Shown here piece by piece: positions 1 to 12,891 of a stretch of DNA of 64,000 bases (its first letter is position 1; each line of letters opens with the position of its first letter). The notes under the pieces were generated by a model. It was not told where the DNA came from and ran no database searches. It saw only the letters and a program-made list of their open reading frames with translations. Source of the DNA: Mytilus trossulus (taxonomy: Eukaryota). Both the position numbers and the translations under genes were made by a program. Where the stretch lies: the NCBI RefSeq assembly GCF_036588685.1, contig NW_026963340.1, positions 2,790,001-2,854,000 of the forward strand, written 5' to 3'.

Positions 1-165
1 GGAGTGGATCGTAACCCTTGGCTAGCGAAGATGTAGTTTTCTATGTTGTGTATTGTGTACTAAAATGTGTCTGTTTCTTTTTTTCTTTTCTAGCCGTGGC
101 GTTGTCAGTTTATTTTCGATCTATACGTTTGACTGCTCCTCTGGTATATTTCGCCCCTCTTTTGT
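1..165 (+). repeat. Dispersed repeat, fragment matching the 3' tail of the Penelope-like element at 54562-55728
   Basis: gttgtcagtttattttcgat...gtttgactg...ctctggtat..ttcg.ccctctttt matches 55500-55728; further copies at ~5205-5425 (+), ~10948-11010 (-), ~23188-23365 (-). Confidence 0.6.
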
Positions 166-3031
166 AGAAAACCAAAAACATGAAGTTGGGATAGACAAGT
201 ACCGTGACACGTCTTATCGCAATTTGAATTTACAATCAAAAATAAAAATTGTTAATAACCTTAACATATTGAATGACTCATTGATACAACGCATTGTTCT
301 TCATATCTAATCGTATCTAATCGTTTTTAACCTTATCTCACTCTTCAGTACAAGAATAAGGAAATAATGACAACCTGTAAAAGGATCTATTGTTTCCGTA
401 TAGCGTTTACTAACTCGATAAATCTTGCTAACTATTTGGTAGGTTAAATTCACAGTGGTTGGTATTTGATTTTAGTGGGTATTGTGAAAATGTTTTTGTA
501 TTTCTTTGTTATACTAATATATACAAAGGACATGTATACATTTATCTTTTCATCTGAGGTATTAAATTTCTCCTCAACAGGGCATGTTTTACTGTATTTG
601 AACAACTCAGAGCATTGCTAAAGGTATAGAAAGGTATTTGTGCAGGAAGTTTTCCTTGTTTGTCCTTGTTTGTTTATTTGATTTAACTTTCAAACAATTG
701 TTTGGATTCGAGTGTCACTGATGCATCTGATGTAGACAAATGCGTACCTGAATAATATCAAACATATATAATTCTGGTGTTTTTATCAGATTATGCGTTT
801 ATGTCTTCTTTAAAACTAAAGATACCGCGATATTTTTAAACTTCCAATCTGCAGTTAAATTTATTGTACTAAAACTACTGTTGACAGTAAATAGGAATAT
901 TGATCATATAGACCATCATTTCAGTGATGTTTGCCAAATTTGCATTTCGTCTACAATAGTCTCATCAATGACGCTCTAAAATGACCTTAATACTGTGTGT
1001 TTATGACGTCTTCAGTGTGAATTAAGTGTAAAATGGAAAGGTTAGTCAAATCAAAGTCTATACTGCATATTTTTGTATCGTCGTGATCATTGACTAATTG
1101 TAAAATTATAATTATTGGTGAAACTTTATTATATTTACTTTACAGGGTAACAGGATTGTAATTTAATACGCCAGACGCACTCGTCCGTATAAGACTCATC
1201 AGTGACGCTTATACTGCACATTTATTTCAACGTCATGCACATGGGGTAACTGTAAAATATTTATGTAAGGCAAATTAAAGTTTTCAAAATACTTAGATAT
1301 ATATAGTAAGTACTAAAGAAAAGATACGGCGAGACCAAGTAAGAAAACGTGTACGATGAAGTCATCGTAATTCCAAGATCGAACAGCACAAATGAAATCA
1401 AAATGATCATTCCACTATCAGTTTTTAAAACCAAACTAGCACGAGCAAAATGTAGAAACTAAATTCAAATAGATTTAGAGATCCCTATGGATGTTTTACA
1501 GTTAATCATTTTATTTAAGTATTTAAATTTATATACTGTACGGCCTTGACCCATTAAATATAGTAAATTATTCAAGACCCCCGTCAGTACAAAATGTAAA
1601 CTAGTTCAACAGAGAAAAACAAAACAGGGAATATAAAGCTAGAACAACTAACGAAAAACAAATTAGGCAGACAGCAAATAACGGAAAACCCTGAATTAAA
1701 AGCTTTTGGCTCTGCATCATGTTACAATACATAAAAAGATGTGGGGTTGAGGGAAAGCGATAACATTGTAGAATTGTTAATAATCTTACCATATTAAATC
1801 ACTCATTGATGCTAGACAATTTTTTTCCGGTATCAAGCCGTATTTATTTTTTCGAACTTTTCAGTACAAAAATGAGGAAATAATAACAACCCGTACAAAA
1901 GTAAATTGTTTCCTTATAGTGTTACCAAACAAGCCCATTAATGCAAACTTTAAACAATAATGTTTGGGGTTAGATTAACAACTTTTGTTATTTGATTTTC
2001 AGTTTGTATAAATAAATTATTTTTTTTTATTTCTTTGTTTTGGTATATATTCAAAACTGAGATTTAAAAACATATGCTACTTGAATACATTTATCTCTTT
2101 AGCAGAAATTTAAAAAAAATCATATCAGGACGTATTTTTTCTCAATTTTAAATTTCAATTGGTTTAGTAATGCTTGAAATCAAATGAAACGAGTGACTGG
2201 TGAAAAATAATGTTTATTCAATTCTTGAATCAATGCATGTATATATCATAAACTTCGTCTTCTGTGCATTATTGTACTATTTTTTACGCACATTTCATTT
2301 AAAACAGCATCATATAACATTATGGAGATCTAAGTAGTTTCTAACTGAAGTCATTAAAAATGGGTTTTTACTCGCTCTTAAATCTTTGACTTGAAAATCC
2401 AAACTAGTGTTAAATCCTGAATAACTGTAAAAATTTAGGCCAAATCCAATACTTCCGGTATGATAATACATTTGTCGAACCAATCTACAGTATATGTATT
2501 ATTAACATGATGTATTTCAAATAATGCATGAAATATTTGGCACTGGACGTAAGGTCTCTTTGTCGTGTGCCTTTGGGGATGCTGAAAACCTAGAATTTAG
2601 AAAAAATGATAACCCGTATATGATTTGAATAGCTTTTACAGTATAAGAACTGTTGAAAAAAGGGAAGTTAATTCTGCTGAAAGCCCGCCAAGCAAAATTC
2701 GGATAAATATAAAAGGCACCATCGAAGTTTATTAGTACAAACTAATTTAGATAGTAAACGATTATTTAACTCTAGAAATATAGGTATGTCCGCTCTAAAT
2801 GAGTATGAAACACTTGCAACTTGACAGTCATCAATTTCAGTCAAAGGTTATTTTATATGTTAAAGATTAATTTGCAATTATGATAATCATTATAAACCGA
2901 CATTGAACTAACTAATGCTAAAAAAACTGCATCACCTGTGTCCCCCATTGTAAAATAGCCGTAAACGTTACCAATTTAGGACATGCATGTATAAGCTCCA
3001 AAATGACGTGAGACGTTCTGGCGTTTAATAG

Positions 3032-3215
3032 TGGACACGTTTTGGCGAATAACAATTATCGGGCACGTTTAGGAGTAATGAAATCAGACACATTAAGGCG
3101 GTTTGGAGAATATTTAACATGACTGGCACGTTTGGGAGAATAGAAACGTTTGGGGAGAATACACACGTTTTGGGGAATCGGACACATTTGAGGGGATGGA
3201 CACATTTGGGAATGT
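3032..3215. repeat. Degenerate ~19-bp minisatellite
   Basis: Repeated acacgtttggggagaat-like units, about 8 copies. Confidence 0.65.
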
Positions 3216-4724
3216 TACATATAAAGTATACAATCAAGAAAGAAGCATGGGTATTGAGCACGTGTATAACATGTACAAAAAGATAATAGTTTATTTCAAT
3301 GACAGATCAATGCGTATTGCAATCGCCCTTTTACGAGAAAGGTCGTGCTAAATTCACTGCTAACGGTAAACATATCGGCGAATTATTTACTGGAAGCACA
3401 CAATTCAAAAAAGGAAATTTCTTCCTAATTTGGACAATATAAAGAATGTTCTTGAGAACAAAGTATGTGTGCATAAGTTTTATAATAAAATCTAGCCACA
3501 AAATCTAGTCATAAAAACATATGCATCACTTATTTTTAATCTGAAGTTTCGTATGACTAAGATAATAAAAAATGTGTTTTTTTTAAGTAGGAAGTTTATC
3601 TCGTTGGTCTATTTGTTTCCTTGTTTTGTTTGTGTATTTTGTATAACCTTCCAACCAATGTTTTCATTCTAGCGCTACTGATTTCTTTGGTGTAGATGAA
3701 GCGGGGACCTGGAGTATATAACACATATATTCTGGAATATTTCATCAGATTTTACATTTAAGTGTGAAGTACTGTTATACTTAAGATATTGGGATATATT
3801 ACAACCACCTTGTGTAGTTAAATTTATTATATCAAACTACAGCGGACAGTACATAGCAGTAGTATATATCATTGAAGAAATGAATCACAACCTATTCCAC
3901 TGATCAAAACAAGAAGGTTGAGAATAACCTTCTCACATATACCAGTATTAACTTTTGTGTACGCCAGACGCGCGTCTCGACTATACAACTTCAACAGTGA
4001 CGCTCGTGAATGAATACATATAGCAACTGCATGTAGCTCAACCCTGCAATTTGTTTATGTGCCTTAACAAACCAACATCGATTGACAAAGAAAGATGGTT
4101 TATAAATTTTATAAATAAAGAGTTTGCCTTTTAAATGTTATACATATTACGATTTTTTTCTAATAATTTTTGGAAAGTTTCTTTTTACATAGCATTTACA
4201 TTTGCTTCTGGAAATTGTCATTTTCCCCATTATGGTAACACTGGGAAAATTGGATTTACAGTCGACCAAGGATATCAGTCTAGGTCTTCTGCAGCAAAGC
4301 ATAGCATTTGGTTTTTTTATATAAACTATCAACACCACTTATTCCTTGAAGGATGTTTTTTCTTACCTTATCGTATTTATGTTTGGACTTATTTTACATT
4401 ATAGAAAATAAATTGTGATCCTTAACATTTCTGAAATTTGTCCAAAGAAAGAATTGTGCAAGTCCATGCATAACATAAAACAATTTGTTTCAATAGAATG
4501 GCACTTTTATCTCACAGGAAGGTCTTCAACATGGTGCAAGTCTCTCAACTCACTCCAATTAAAATCCGGATCCCGAAAGGCAAAGTATAACACGTAAATC
4601 TCTACTTTATATTAATAATTCTACATCGATGCATTGTAGACAATAGTTGCGAATGCAAATTATAAATCAAAGAAAATAAGCCACCGCTGTACTGTATTAC
4701 CCAACAATATCACTTTAAGTTAGA

Positions 4725-4915
4725 GGGTTAGCGCTATAGAACCAGGTTTAATCCACCATTTTCTACATTTGAAAATGCCTGTACCAAGTCAGAAATATGA
4801 CAGTTCTTGTCCATTCGTTTTTGATGCGTTTTGTTTTTTGATTTTGCCATGTGATTATGGACTTTCCAAAATGATTTTCCTCTGAGTTCAGTATTTTTGT
4901 GATTTTACTTTTTAC
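4725..4915 (+). repeat. Dispersed repeat fragment (accaggtttaatccaccattttctacatttgaaaatgcctgtaccaagtcag family)
   Basis: Related copies at ~14175-14420 (-), ~15703-15910 (-), and tandemly amplified at 58402-58798. Confidence 0.6.
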
Positions 4916-7112
4916 TAAAGCAACATGTCAATAACCACAGGGCACATACATATGAATAAAGATATTATTACGTTAACAAAACAAATATATATACAATGTA
5001 TTAGATAATTAGGAGGAATAACGTTTGAATTGGATGATGAATTGCAAGCCATTTTTTATATTGAAAAACTTTCGAAAAGCGAGCATGTGCCAGTAGTCAA
5101 CACATGAAACATTATCTCAAGTACGATATAACTATAATTATGTATGATATATGTAAATATTTGTACAAACACATAAGGAGGAAGCAAACGAGTAATCAAT
5201 TAATCGGGTGCCACATGTGGAGTAAGATCCGCTTATTCTATCGTAGACCATAGATCACTGACAGTTGTTGGTGGGTTTCGTGTTGCTAAGTCTTTAGTTT
5301 TCTCTGGTGTGTCTAGTGTACTATTATTTGTCTGTTTGTCTTTTTGTTTGTTGACCATGACGTTGTCAGTTTGTTTTCGATATATGAGTTTGACTGTCCC
5401 TCTTGCATCTTTCGCCCCTCATTTAAACACAATGAAATTACAGTTTTGAAACATATGTGCAATGTAAAATGCTGTCTATTCTTGGTGTACTCTTTAACTT
5501 TTTTGAACTGATGTTAAATAAATTTAAAACAACAGAAATTCCAAACTCCAATGAAAATTCAAAACGAATAGTCTCTTATCATATATGTCATATACCGCAT
5601 TCCATGCATTTTGAATTGAACAAGGATTCATAGCTACATCTTGGACATGTATAACAGTAGCATAAAATGAAAACAATCGTCGCTCTATGTAAGCAAGACA
5701 TTAAAATCAAAATAAAAAAAAAATCTTAAATAATCACTGCATTATTCTTTAAGACTCATATCACAGGTATGAATCTAAATATGTAATCATTTTGTGTTAT
5801 AACATACCTCGTCAGTTCTGTAAATTGGTTACATGATTGTTATTAGATCATTCACTGTCCAAATTAAATAATATACTGGCCAATTGTGTTAAATACTCCT
5901 TTAAATCTTCATCGCAATTTTATAAGGAAATTAGAATAGGAATCTAAGGAGGAAATATTTACAGTGCAACAAAGCGTAAACAAGGAACAAAAGAAAAGTA
6001 TTATGACCCATTTTAATAATTTCCTGGCGAAAGAATGCTAAATACGTTAAATTTTCATAAAATTAACAAAAAACTGTTTGTTCGTATTATATCATTAGCT
6101 AAGTCTGATGATTATTTGTAACCGCCCAATTATCGTCAACTTTATTTTTGTCGTCGTTGAAAGCATGTATCGACAAACACTGCAAAAGACATTTTCAGAT
6201 TATAATTCACGAAAGAATATGTTCAAGGTATACAAATAATACGACTCTAAAAGCTATCGTGTTACATCTCGAATTGATGAGTTGCACGGTTTTCCAATAC
6301 ATTTAGAGGTCACGGTACGCCTATAAGATCAAACAAAGTTTTTTTTTAATCTTGAAAGGTTCAGTAGATAGATAATGCACTAACAAAACGCCTTTGTCCA
6401 TAACTCTCAGGAGGGATTCCTTTTTTTCGCGATAAACCAATTTTGCTACAAAAACAAACTCCAACATACATGGAAATGAACTATATCTGCTATCCACCAT
6501 GTAGTCACTAAAACTTCATACTTTAATCGGGCTTTTTAATTCTTTTATTCAATCTTCACTGTAGAGTATTTTGTAAAAGACATGTGTGTTGTACAAAATT
6601 AGAGGGCAATATAGAAATATTCAGACTTTAAGTTGGCCTAAATTATTAACATCAAACTCCAATAACGGTACATCAACCAAAACAATGGCACATTTCCTCA
6701 GTGAATTAAGTGAAGAATTAATCAAACAAGTATATGAATTGTAGACAAAATAAAAGATTGGTAGAAGACTAGATATATTCGATATGCCACTATATGCCGC
6801 TATATGACAATCTTATGAAAAGTATTTCGTTCATATAACGATTTAAATACTTTAAAAAACTTGCAATAAGGTAGCATGAGTCTAGTCTGTTTTATATTTC
6901 AATAGCTTGTTATTCGGGAAGTGGTATTTATTTGTTTGTCACATTTTTAGTTTCGGTTGACAGGACGCAATACAAATATAGCTGTGCTTTAAATCAAATT
7001 TGATTTAAAAAGGGGGTTAAGAATATCTTTTACATTTAATTTAAATATCATTATTTTTACACAAAATCGTTCACAAACATTGGTAAGTCGATTAATTGTG
7101 AGGCAAAATACA

Positions 7113-9456
7113 ATGTTGGTAATTCTCTTAATTGTATTTCTTGTTTCGAGTGTATGCGCACAGTGTTCTAAATATTCAGGACCTAGTGGAACTATAGAGT
7201 GTATACAACTATCTAGGTACAACAGCGAATACCAATGGGGAACTTGTTTGACAGATACATACATCAAAGCTAAATCTGGAGCAGAACACCAGTGCATAGA
7301 TCGAACTGCCACCTACTGCCATTACCAATGCATGCTCGAACTGTACGATGTTGGTTCTGGTCCAGTTGAAGGTTGTTGTAAATGTCAACAAGGACAGGAA
7401 TACACGTCAACAGATCTAACTCTTCCTTCGTCGTGTTATAGTCCTTCTGGAACAGACTGTGGGTGGTATGAAAATTGTCTTGAAAAGAAATACAAATGTA
7501 AAGGGACAGAAGATGACTATGCACTTGAATTTGCTACCAAATTTTGTAACCTCTACAATGAACATTTCAGTTCTTTCTCGTCTGGAGGACAGATATGGGT
7601 TAACTCTGTTCGCAAATGCCTACAAGTGTCTCTTGTTCCGATATTACGACCATGGTGTTCAAAGTCGTGCAAGGAAATTAAACAAATTGCCTTCGATTCG
7701 CATACCCCGTGTTATGTACGACCAAACAGACAAGATCTATCTATTTCCTTTTGCAATCTAAGCTTAAAAGATCGCGCAAGTGTATTTTGGACAATAAAAT
7801 CCAGTCTTGTAATGAAAGGAGCAGTTATTGAAACACTAAATGGAGTTATGATGACTATGAAAGAATGTACCGTACAATCATTAGACAGCTTACTAACTGA
7901 TGTCAACAGCTTGTTAACAGATGTTAAAGCCTTTACAATCGAAATTTTCACAAAAATACAAAGTTTATTACGTCGGCGTCGACGTGCGTTGTCCGATTTC
8001 ACAGATGCACTAACATTGGCAAATAGAATTGCAGATAGTATTGCTAATAAACTTCGTTGGAGTGAACAGGGAATTCTTTGGTTTTCGAGTGTCGATTCTA
8101 ACATTAGTTTGCCTTTGTCGAACGAACTACTTATGCTCGTACACCTTGCAGACAAGAAGACCTACGATTTGAATACAAATTATACCGAGTCTGCAGATAT
8201 CCATTTGATAGTTCGCGAATTTCAGAATAAACTTGAAAAAGGCGAATTGAAGGCAAATTTAGAGGATTATTTATTCCAACCTATCACTGCAAAAGGTTGT
8301 CTGGATGCCCAATGCAACATCACGCTATTTGACGTCAATGCCTCCTTGGACAGTAAGTACTTTCAAATTGTTATTTCATATTATATCATTAATAATGTAA
8401 ATCAAAATTGGTCGGAATAGTCTTGCTTTTCTACTACAATGTCACGATAGTATCGCCATTTTGAAAATCAGAGATAAACATCATTAGCAATTAATATTAC
8501 CTTTCCTTTTTACGGTATTATCATTATGTTTAACAGTAGTGCTGTATCATTCCCTTGTATCTGGATTTTTTGTCGAAAAAAATCGGCATTTTGAATATGA
8601 ACCGGAACAGCAGGTCATAACGTCATGAATATTTACAAGAATGAAGGAACGATTTTGTTTACTAAAATGGCTGAGAAATAATATAAATGGAACCTAAATT
8701 TTACAAATATTTGATATTTTGTTCTTCTCAACAAATGTTTTAAATGGTGTTCAAAGGAGTCATTTGTAAAATAAAACTAATGCAAAATTGACACGAATTT
8801 AAGATAATATAACAGTTTAAAAGAATCATAATACCCTAAACCTTGAATGACGCTACACAATTACAAAACTGATTAGTCAATCTGAATTAATGCAACTTAA
8901 TCAGGAGTAAAGTGACACTGTGGTAATTTTCTTTATAAGACAAACAATTGATAATCAGATTAGTATACGTTAACTAAGAAAAGATCAGTATGTGGTAGAA
9001 CATCCTGGTACTCGGTCAAGCAAGATCATTGTAAATAAGTAAATTCCAGATTTTAATACGTACAACTTTTAGGGAAAGTTAACTGTTTAAATCCTTTCTA
9101 TACATGACCAAGTCAACGGAAAATAATACGTTTTTCCCCAAATTGCACCGATTATACATTTGATTTTACTTTTTCTGTTTGCTCGTAATTGACAGAGTAC
9201 TATGTAGATAACCTGTTGAATAATTGTAGAACACAGAGTCAAAAGTCGGTACTATGAAAATAGTCTATTGTATGATGTATATATCTTACACCTCTCTTTA
9301 TTGGTATATGTTTGCACTGTACATTCTATAAGGATAGAACTTTAGTATGCGACAATCTTCAAATTTGATATTTAGGTTGAAATGTAGTGAATTATGGTAT
9401 AATGCAAATTTAAAACTCAATCCTTAACACTGTACTTTATTATTTCAGACTCTTAA
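7113..9456 (+). CDS. Cysteine-rich secreted protein with stanniocalcin-like domain and furin site (exon 1 7113-8352; exon 2 9449-9456)
   Basis: ATG 7113 starts a signal peptide MLVILLIVFLVSSVCA. Cys-rich N-terminal module, then the C..WY..CLE.K..C....Y...FA.KFC...W...VRKCLQ..L...C..I...AF.SH..CY...FC.L pattern recognised as stanniocalcin-like. RRRRR polybasic site. GTAAGT donor at 8353, tatttcAG acceptor at 9447-9448; spliced frame stops at TAA 9454-9456. Confidence 0.75.
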
Positions 9457-9555
9457 TCTGGTTTAAAAAGCTACGTTATCGTTGGGATTTGTACAATGGC
9501 GTTGTTTGTAGTACTTTCATGAGGATTTGCCGTCTTCTTCTGGAAAAGGAACTGA
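9449..9555 (+). pseudogene. Decayed transmembrane-anchor exon of the upstream gene
   Basis: Spliced frame reads NS*SGLKSYVIVGICTMALFVVLS*GFAVFFWKRN*: a hydrophobic helix plus basic stop-transfer tail, broken by TAA 9454 and TGA 9520. Confidence 0.6.
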
Positions 9556-11179
9556 AATTCAAAACAATGAACAAAAAAACAAAGTGAGCAGTTGCATATA
9601 AATGTTATGCGATTAATATACTAGTACCAGTATGATGTAAATGTGGTCAAACGATTAGACAAAAGCTTCCTCTTTACTTGTAGTATATATCCTTCAGAAT
9701 ACATTTTGAAAAATGTTTATTTTCAATTAAATCTGCTTAGATAATAATATATTTTGAACTTTATGAGGTTTAATTTCTGTAGTATTTTATAGGAGTAGAT
9801 CAAGAACATTAATTTGTTGAGGCGATGATCTTTTTAGCTGGTTTTGTTTTGTAAAAAAAAATTTAAGTGTTGCTCAGTTACTAATGCATGTAACTATTTA
9901 GGGAGTTGAGAAATTTCATTCGTTCCAAATCAAAACTTAAAAAGTTCTAGAAGGTGTAATAATGTTAAATAAACGCATTATAGATGGATTAGATTTGTTT
10001 ATGCCAGACTCTAGTTTCGTTTACAAAGACCCGTTTGCGACGCTCGAAACAAACATTCTAATAGGTCAAATAAAATACGAAGTTGAAGATCTTAAAGGAC
10101 AAAAAAAATATTTTGTCACACTACTACAATATAAAATACTGTTTGATACTATCTAGACTTACAACATATTTCAATGTCTGGACTAACTGTGTTTTCTATT
10201 CATATTTGAACATTTCAAAATTACTGAGAAACCCCGACTTGTTAATTGTAATGTTAACGAAACGTTTTCTTTATTGATACAGTTTAACAGAATATTACTA
10301 TTTGATTTGTAATATCTTTACATCGTTTTAGTTATTAGATAATCAAACGCCAGAACGATTCCTATTGGAAGCAGCGAATAGCAAAAACAGTGTTTAATAT
10401 CAAACAGCGATATATCAAAAATTCAGAAAATACGAATTTTTAAAACTTCTTGTTCAAATATAGGCAACAATTAAGTCTAAATATACATTCAGAAGTTAGT
10501 TAAAAGCAAAAGTTTATGTCCGCGTATAAAATTTGAAGTGCTGTGTTTTTCTTGTGTACATAATAAACAAATGCTAGAAATTCTTCTATCAATGCGATTT
10601 TTTTTTTGGTAACATTTTTCAAATTTCTTAATTTGTTTTGGAAGCAAAACTAATCACATAAGGGTTTTAAAAACATTGTCGAAATTAAATAGCTGTGGGT
10701 CAAAACTATTGTTAACATATATACAAACCTCTATTAAATTTATTAATGAACGCATCGAAACAATACATTTCCGAATCAATGCGTCCTAACATTATATTTG
10801 ATGAAATCATTTTGACGTGGCTCGCTACTTATAATCCCGTCATAGTGTTATTGTTCTGTATTTTTGTATTTTTGTATTTCATTTTTGCTAATGTACGTTT
10901 TCTGTACAACTTTTTAGCTTTTCTTTTTTGGCATATTTGATTGTTTAAAAAGAGGGACGAAATATACCCCAAGGGACAGTCAAACTCATAAATCCAAAAT
11001 AAACTGACAACGTGATGAAGATTATAACAAAATGTTGACTGATGTACCCTGTTTGTTTTGTTCACACATTGTTGTCAATATAATGAAATTTTATACGACT
11101 GTCATACATGTGTTTGTTACTTTACTTTTTATCATATTTTTTAAGTATTGCATTAGAGAGATATGTCTCTGACTACATG

Positions 11180-12891
11180 CATGCTCATATATGTTATGAT
11201 GGTATGATACTACACCCCTAACGGGAAGGATGGTGCCTGATGTTCATATGATGAAATCATAATCTTTCAGTCAGTTTAATTGAAGTCTGCAGTTGGCATG
11301 TCAGTTAACTGCTAGTAGTCTGTTGTTATTAATGTACCTTGTCATTTTGTTTATTTTCTTTGGTTACATCTTCTGTCATCAGACTCGGACTTCTCTTGAA
11401 CTGAATTTTAATGTGCGTATTGTTATGCGTTTACTTTTCTACATTTGTTAGAGGTATAGGGGGAGGTTTGAGATCTCACAAACATGTTTAACCCCGCCGC
11501 ATTTTTGCGCCTGTCCCAAGTCAGGAGCCTCTGGCCTTTGTTAGTCTTGTATTATGTTAACTTTAGTTTCTTGTGTACAATTTGGAAATTAGTATGGCGT
11601 TCATTATCACTGAACTAGTATATATGTGACCAGCCACGACATATCCAGGCTTATGGAGGTACAACGTCATTGTGAGAAATCGCCGTTAACTATATGTGAC
11701 TAGCCATTTCCAGACTTAGTTGGGTACATTGTCTAAAATTTTATTTTTGTATATTTATCTAAAATATTCCGAAACAAAACTCTCTGTCATGTTATTATGA
11801 CATATTTGTTGTAATAGCAATGAAACGAGTCATTTCGAATACCGGTATGAAAATGAGACTGTTCTATGACGACTTTTATTTATTGAAGCCACTAATTTAT
11901 AAAACACAAAATTATTGTATTTATCGGCTTTTAGTGATGTTGAATAGCGTATTTGAATAAAATTTCAAAGACTTAAATTTACTGCAATGCAAACAATTCC
12001 TAGCTCTATTTTAGAACATGTAATTTAAACTTGTTGAAATGCAGTTAGTTTGAAATTTGTCAAAGTAAGCTTTAAGAATTCCTTTTGTTTTAATTTAGAT
12101 TTATTATGCATGTCTCTATACATAGTGAGCGACACGTAACAGTTTATAAGTAGGTGTTCTCATATATTAATTTGATACGGTGCATTTATTATGGATATAT
12201 TTCAGACTTCATTTATGAAAGAAACACTTCAGAGCAGAGCAGTATTTGTTTGTTTGTAGCTCTATTTTAGAACATTTAATTTAAACTTGTTGAAATGAAG
12301 TTAGTTTAAAATTTATCAAAGTAAGCTTTAAGAATTCCTTTTTTTAATTTAGATTTATTATGCCTGTCTCTATACATAGTAAGCGACGCGTAACAGTTTA
12401 TAAGTAGGTGTTCTCTTATATGCATTTGATACGGTGCATTTATTATGGATATATTTCAGACTTCATTTATGAAAGGAAATCTATAAAGCAGAAATTTGAT
12501 TTTTTTTTGTATCAATTTAAAATGTAGATTCAAATATTTTTCACTTCACACGATAAAGTAAAACTTCTTCAAAACTCATATATGATGTATAGTTCGGCGT
12601 CCGCAAAAAAGAAGCCAACGAAAGTGTTTATCTTTTCTTCACACATACGTATTTCATTGAATCTCGATATTTATCATGTTTATAATTTTTCTAACAATGA
12701 CGTTCTACCTCAATAAGCCTGCAAATGTCATGGCGGGTCACATATTTGTTTAGGGGCCAGCTGAAGGACGCCTCCGGGTGCGGGAATTTCTCGCTACATT
12801 GAAGACCTGTTGGTGACCTTCTGCTGTTGTTTTTTTATTTGGTCGGGTTGTTGTCTCTTTGACACATTCCTCATTTCCGTTCTCAATTTTA
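11180..12891 (+). repeat. Dispersed ~600-bp repeat split by a nested TIR element (halves 11180-11624 and 12743-12891)
   Basis: The two halves join to match the uninterrupted copy at ~39530-40146. Confidence 0.8.
11625..12742. mobile_element. Non-autonomous TIR DNA transposon (MITE-like), TA target duplication, internal ~256-bp tandem duplication
   Basis: TIRs TGTGACCAGCCACGACAT / ATGTCATGGCGGGTCACA; TA duplication confirmed against the empty site at ~39995; 12001-12256 is repeated at 12257-~12495. Confidence 0.8.

Noticed and set aside
7080-8420. Single-exon 446-aa ORF as listed in the track
   Set aside because: Begins at TTG and runs through a GTAAGT donor at 8353; ATG 7113 plus splicing fits better
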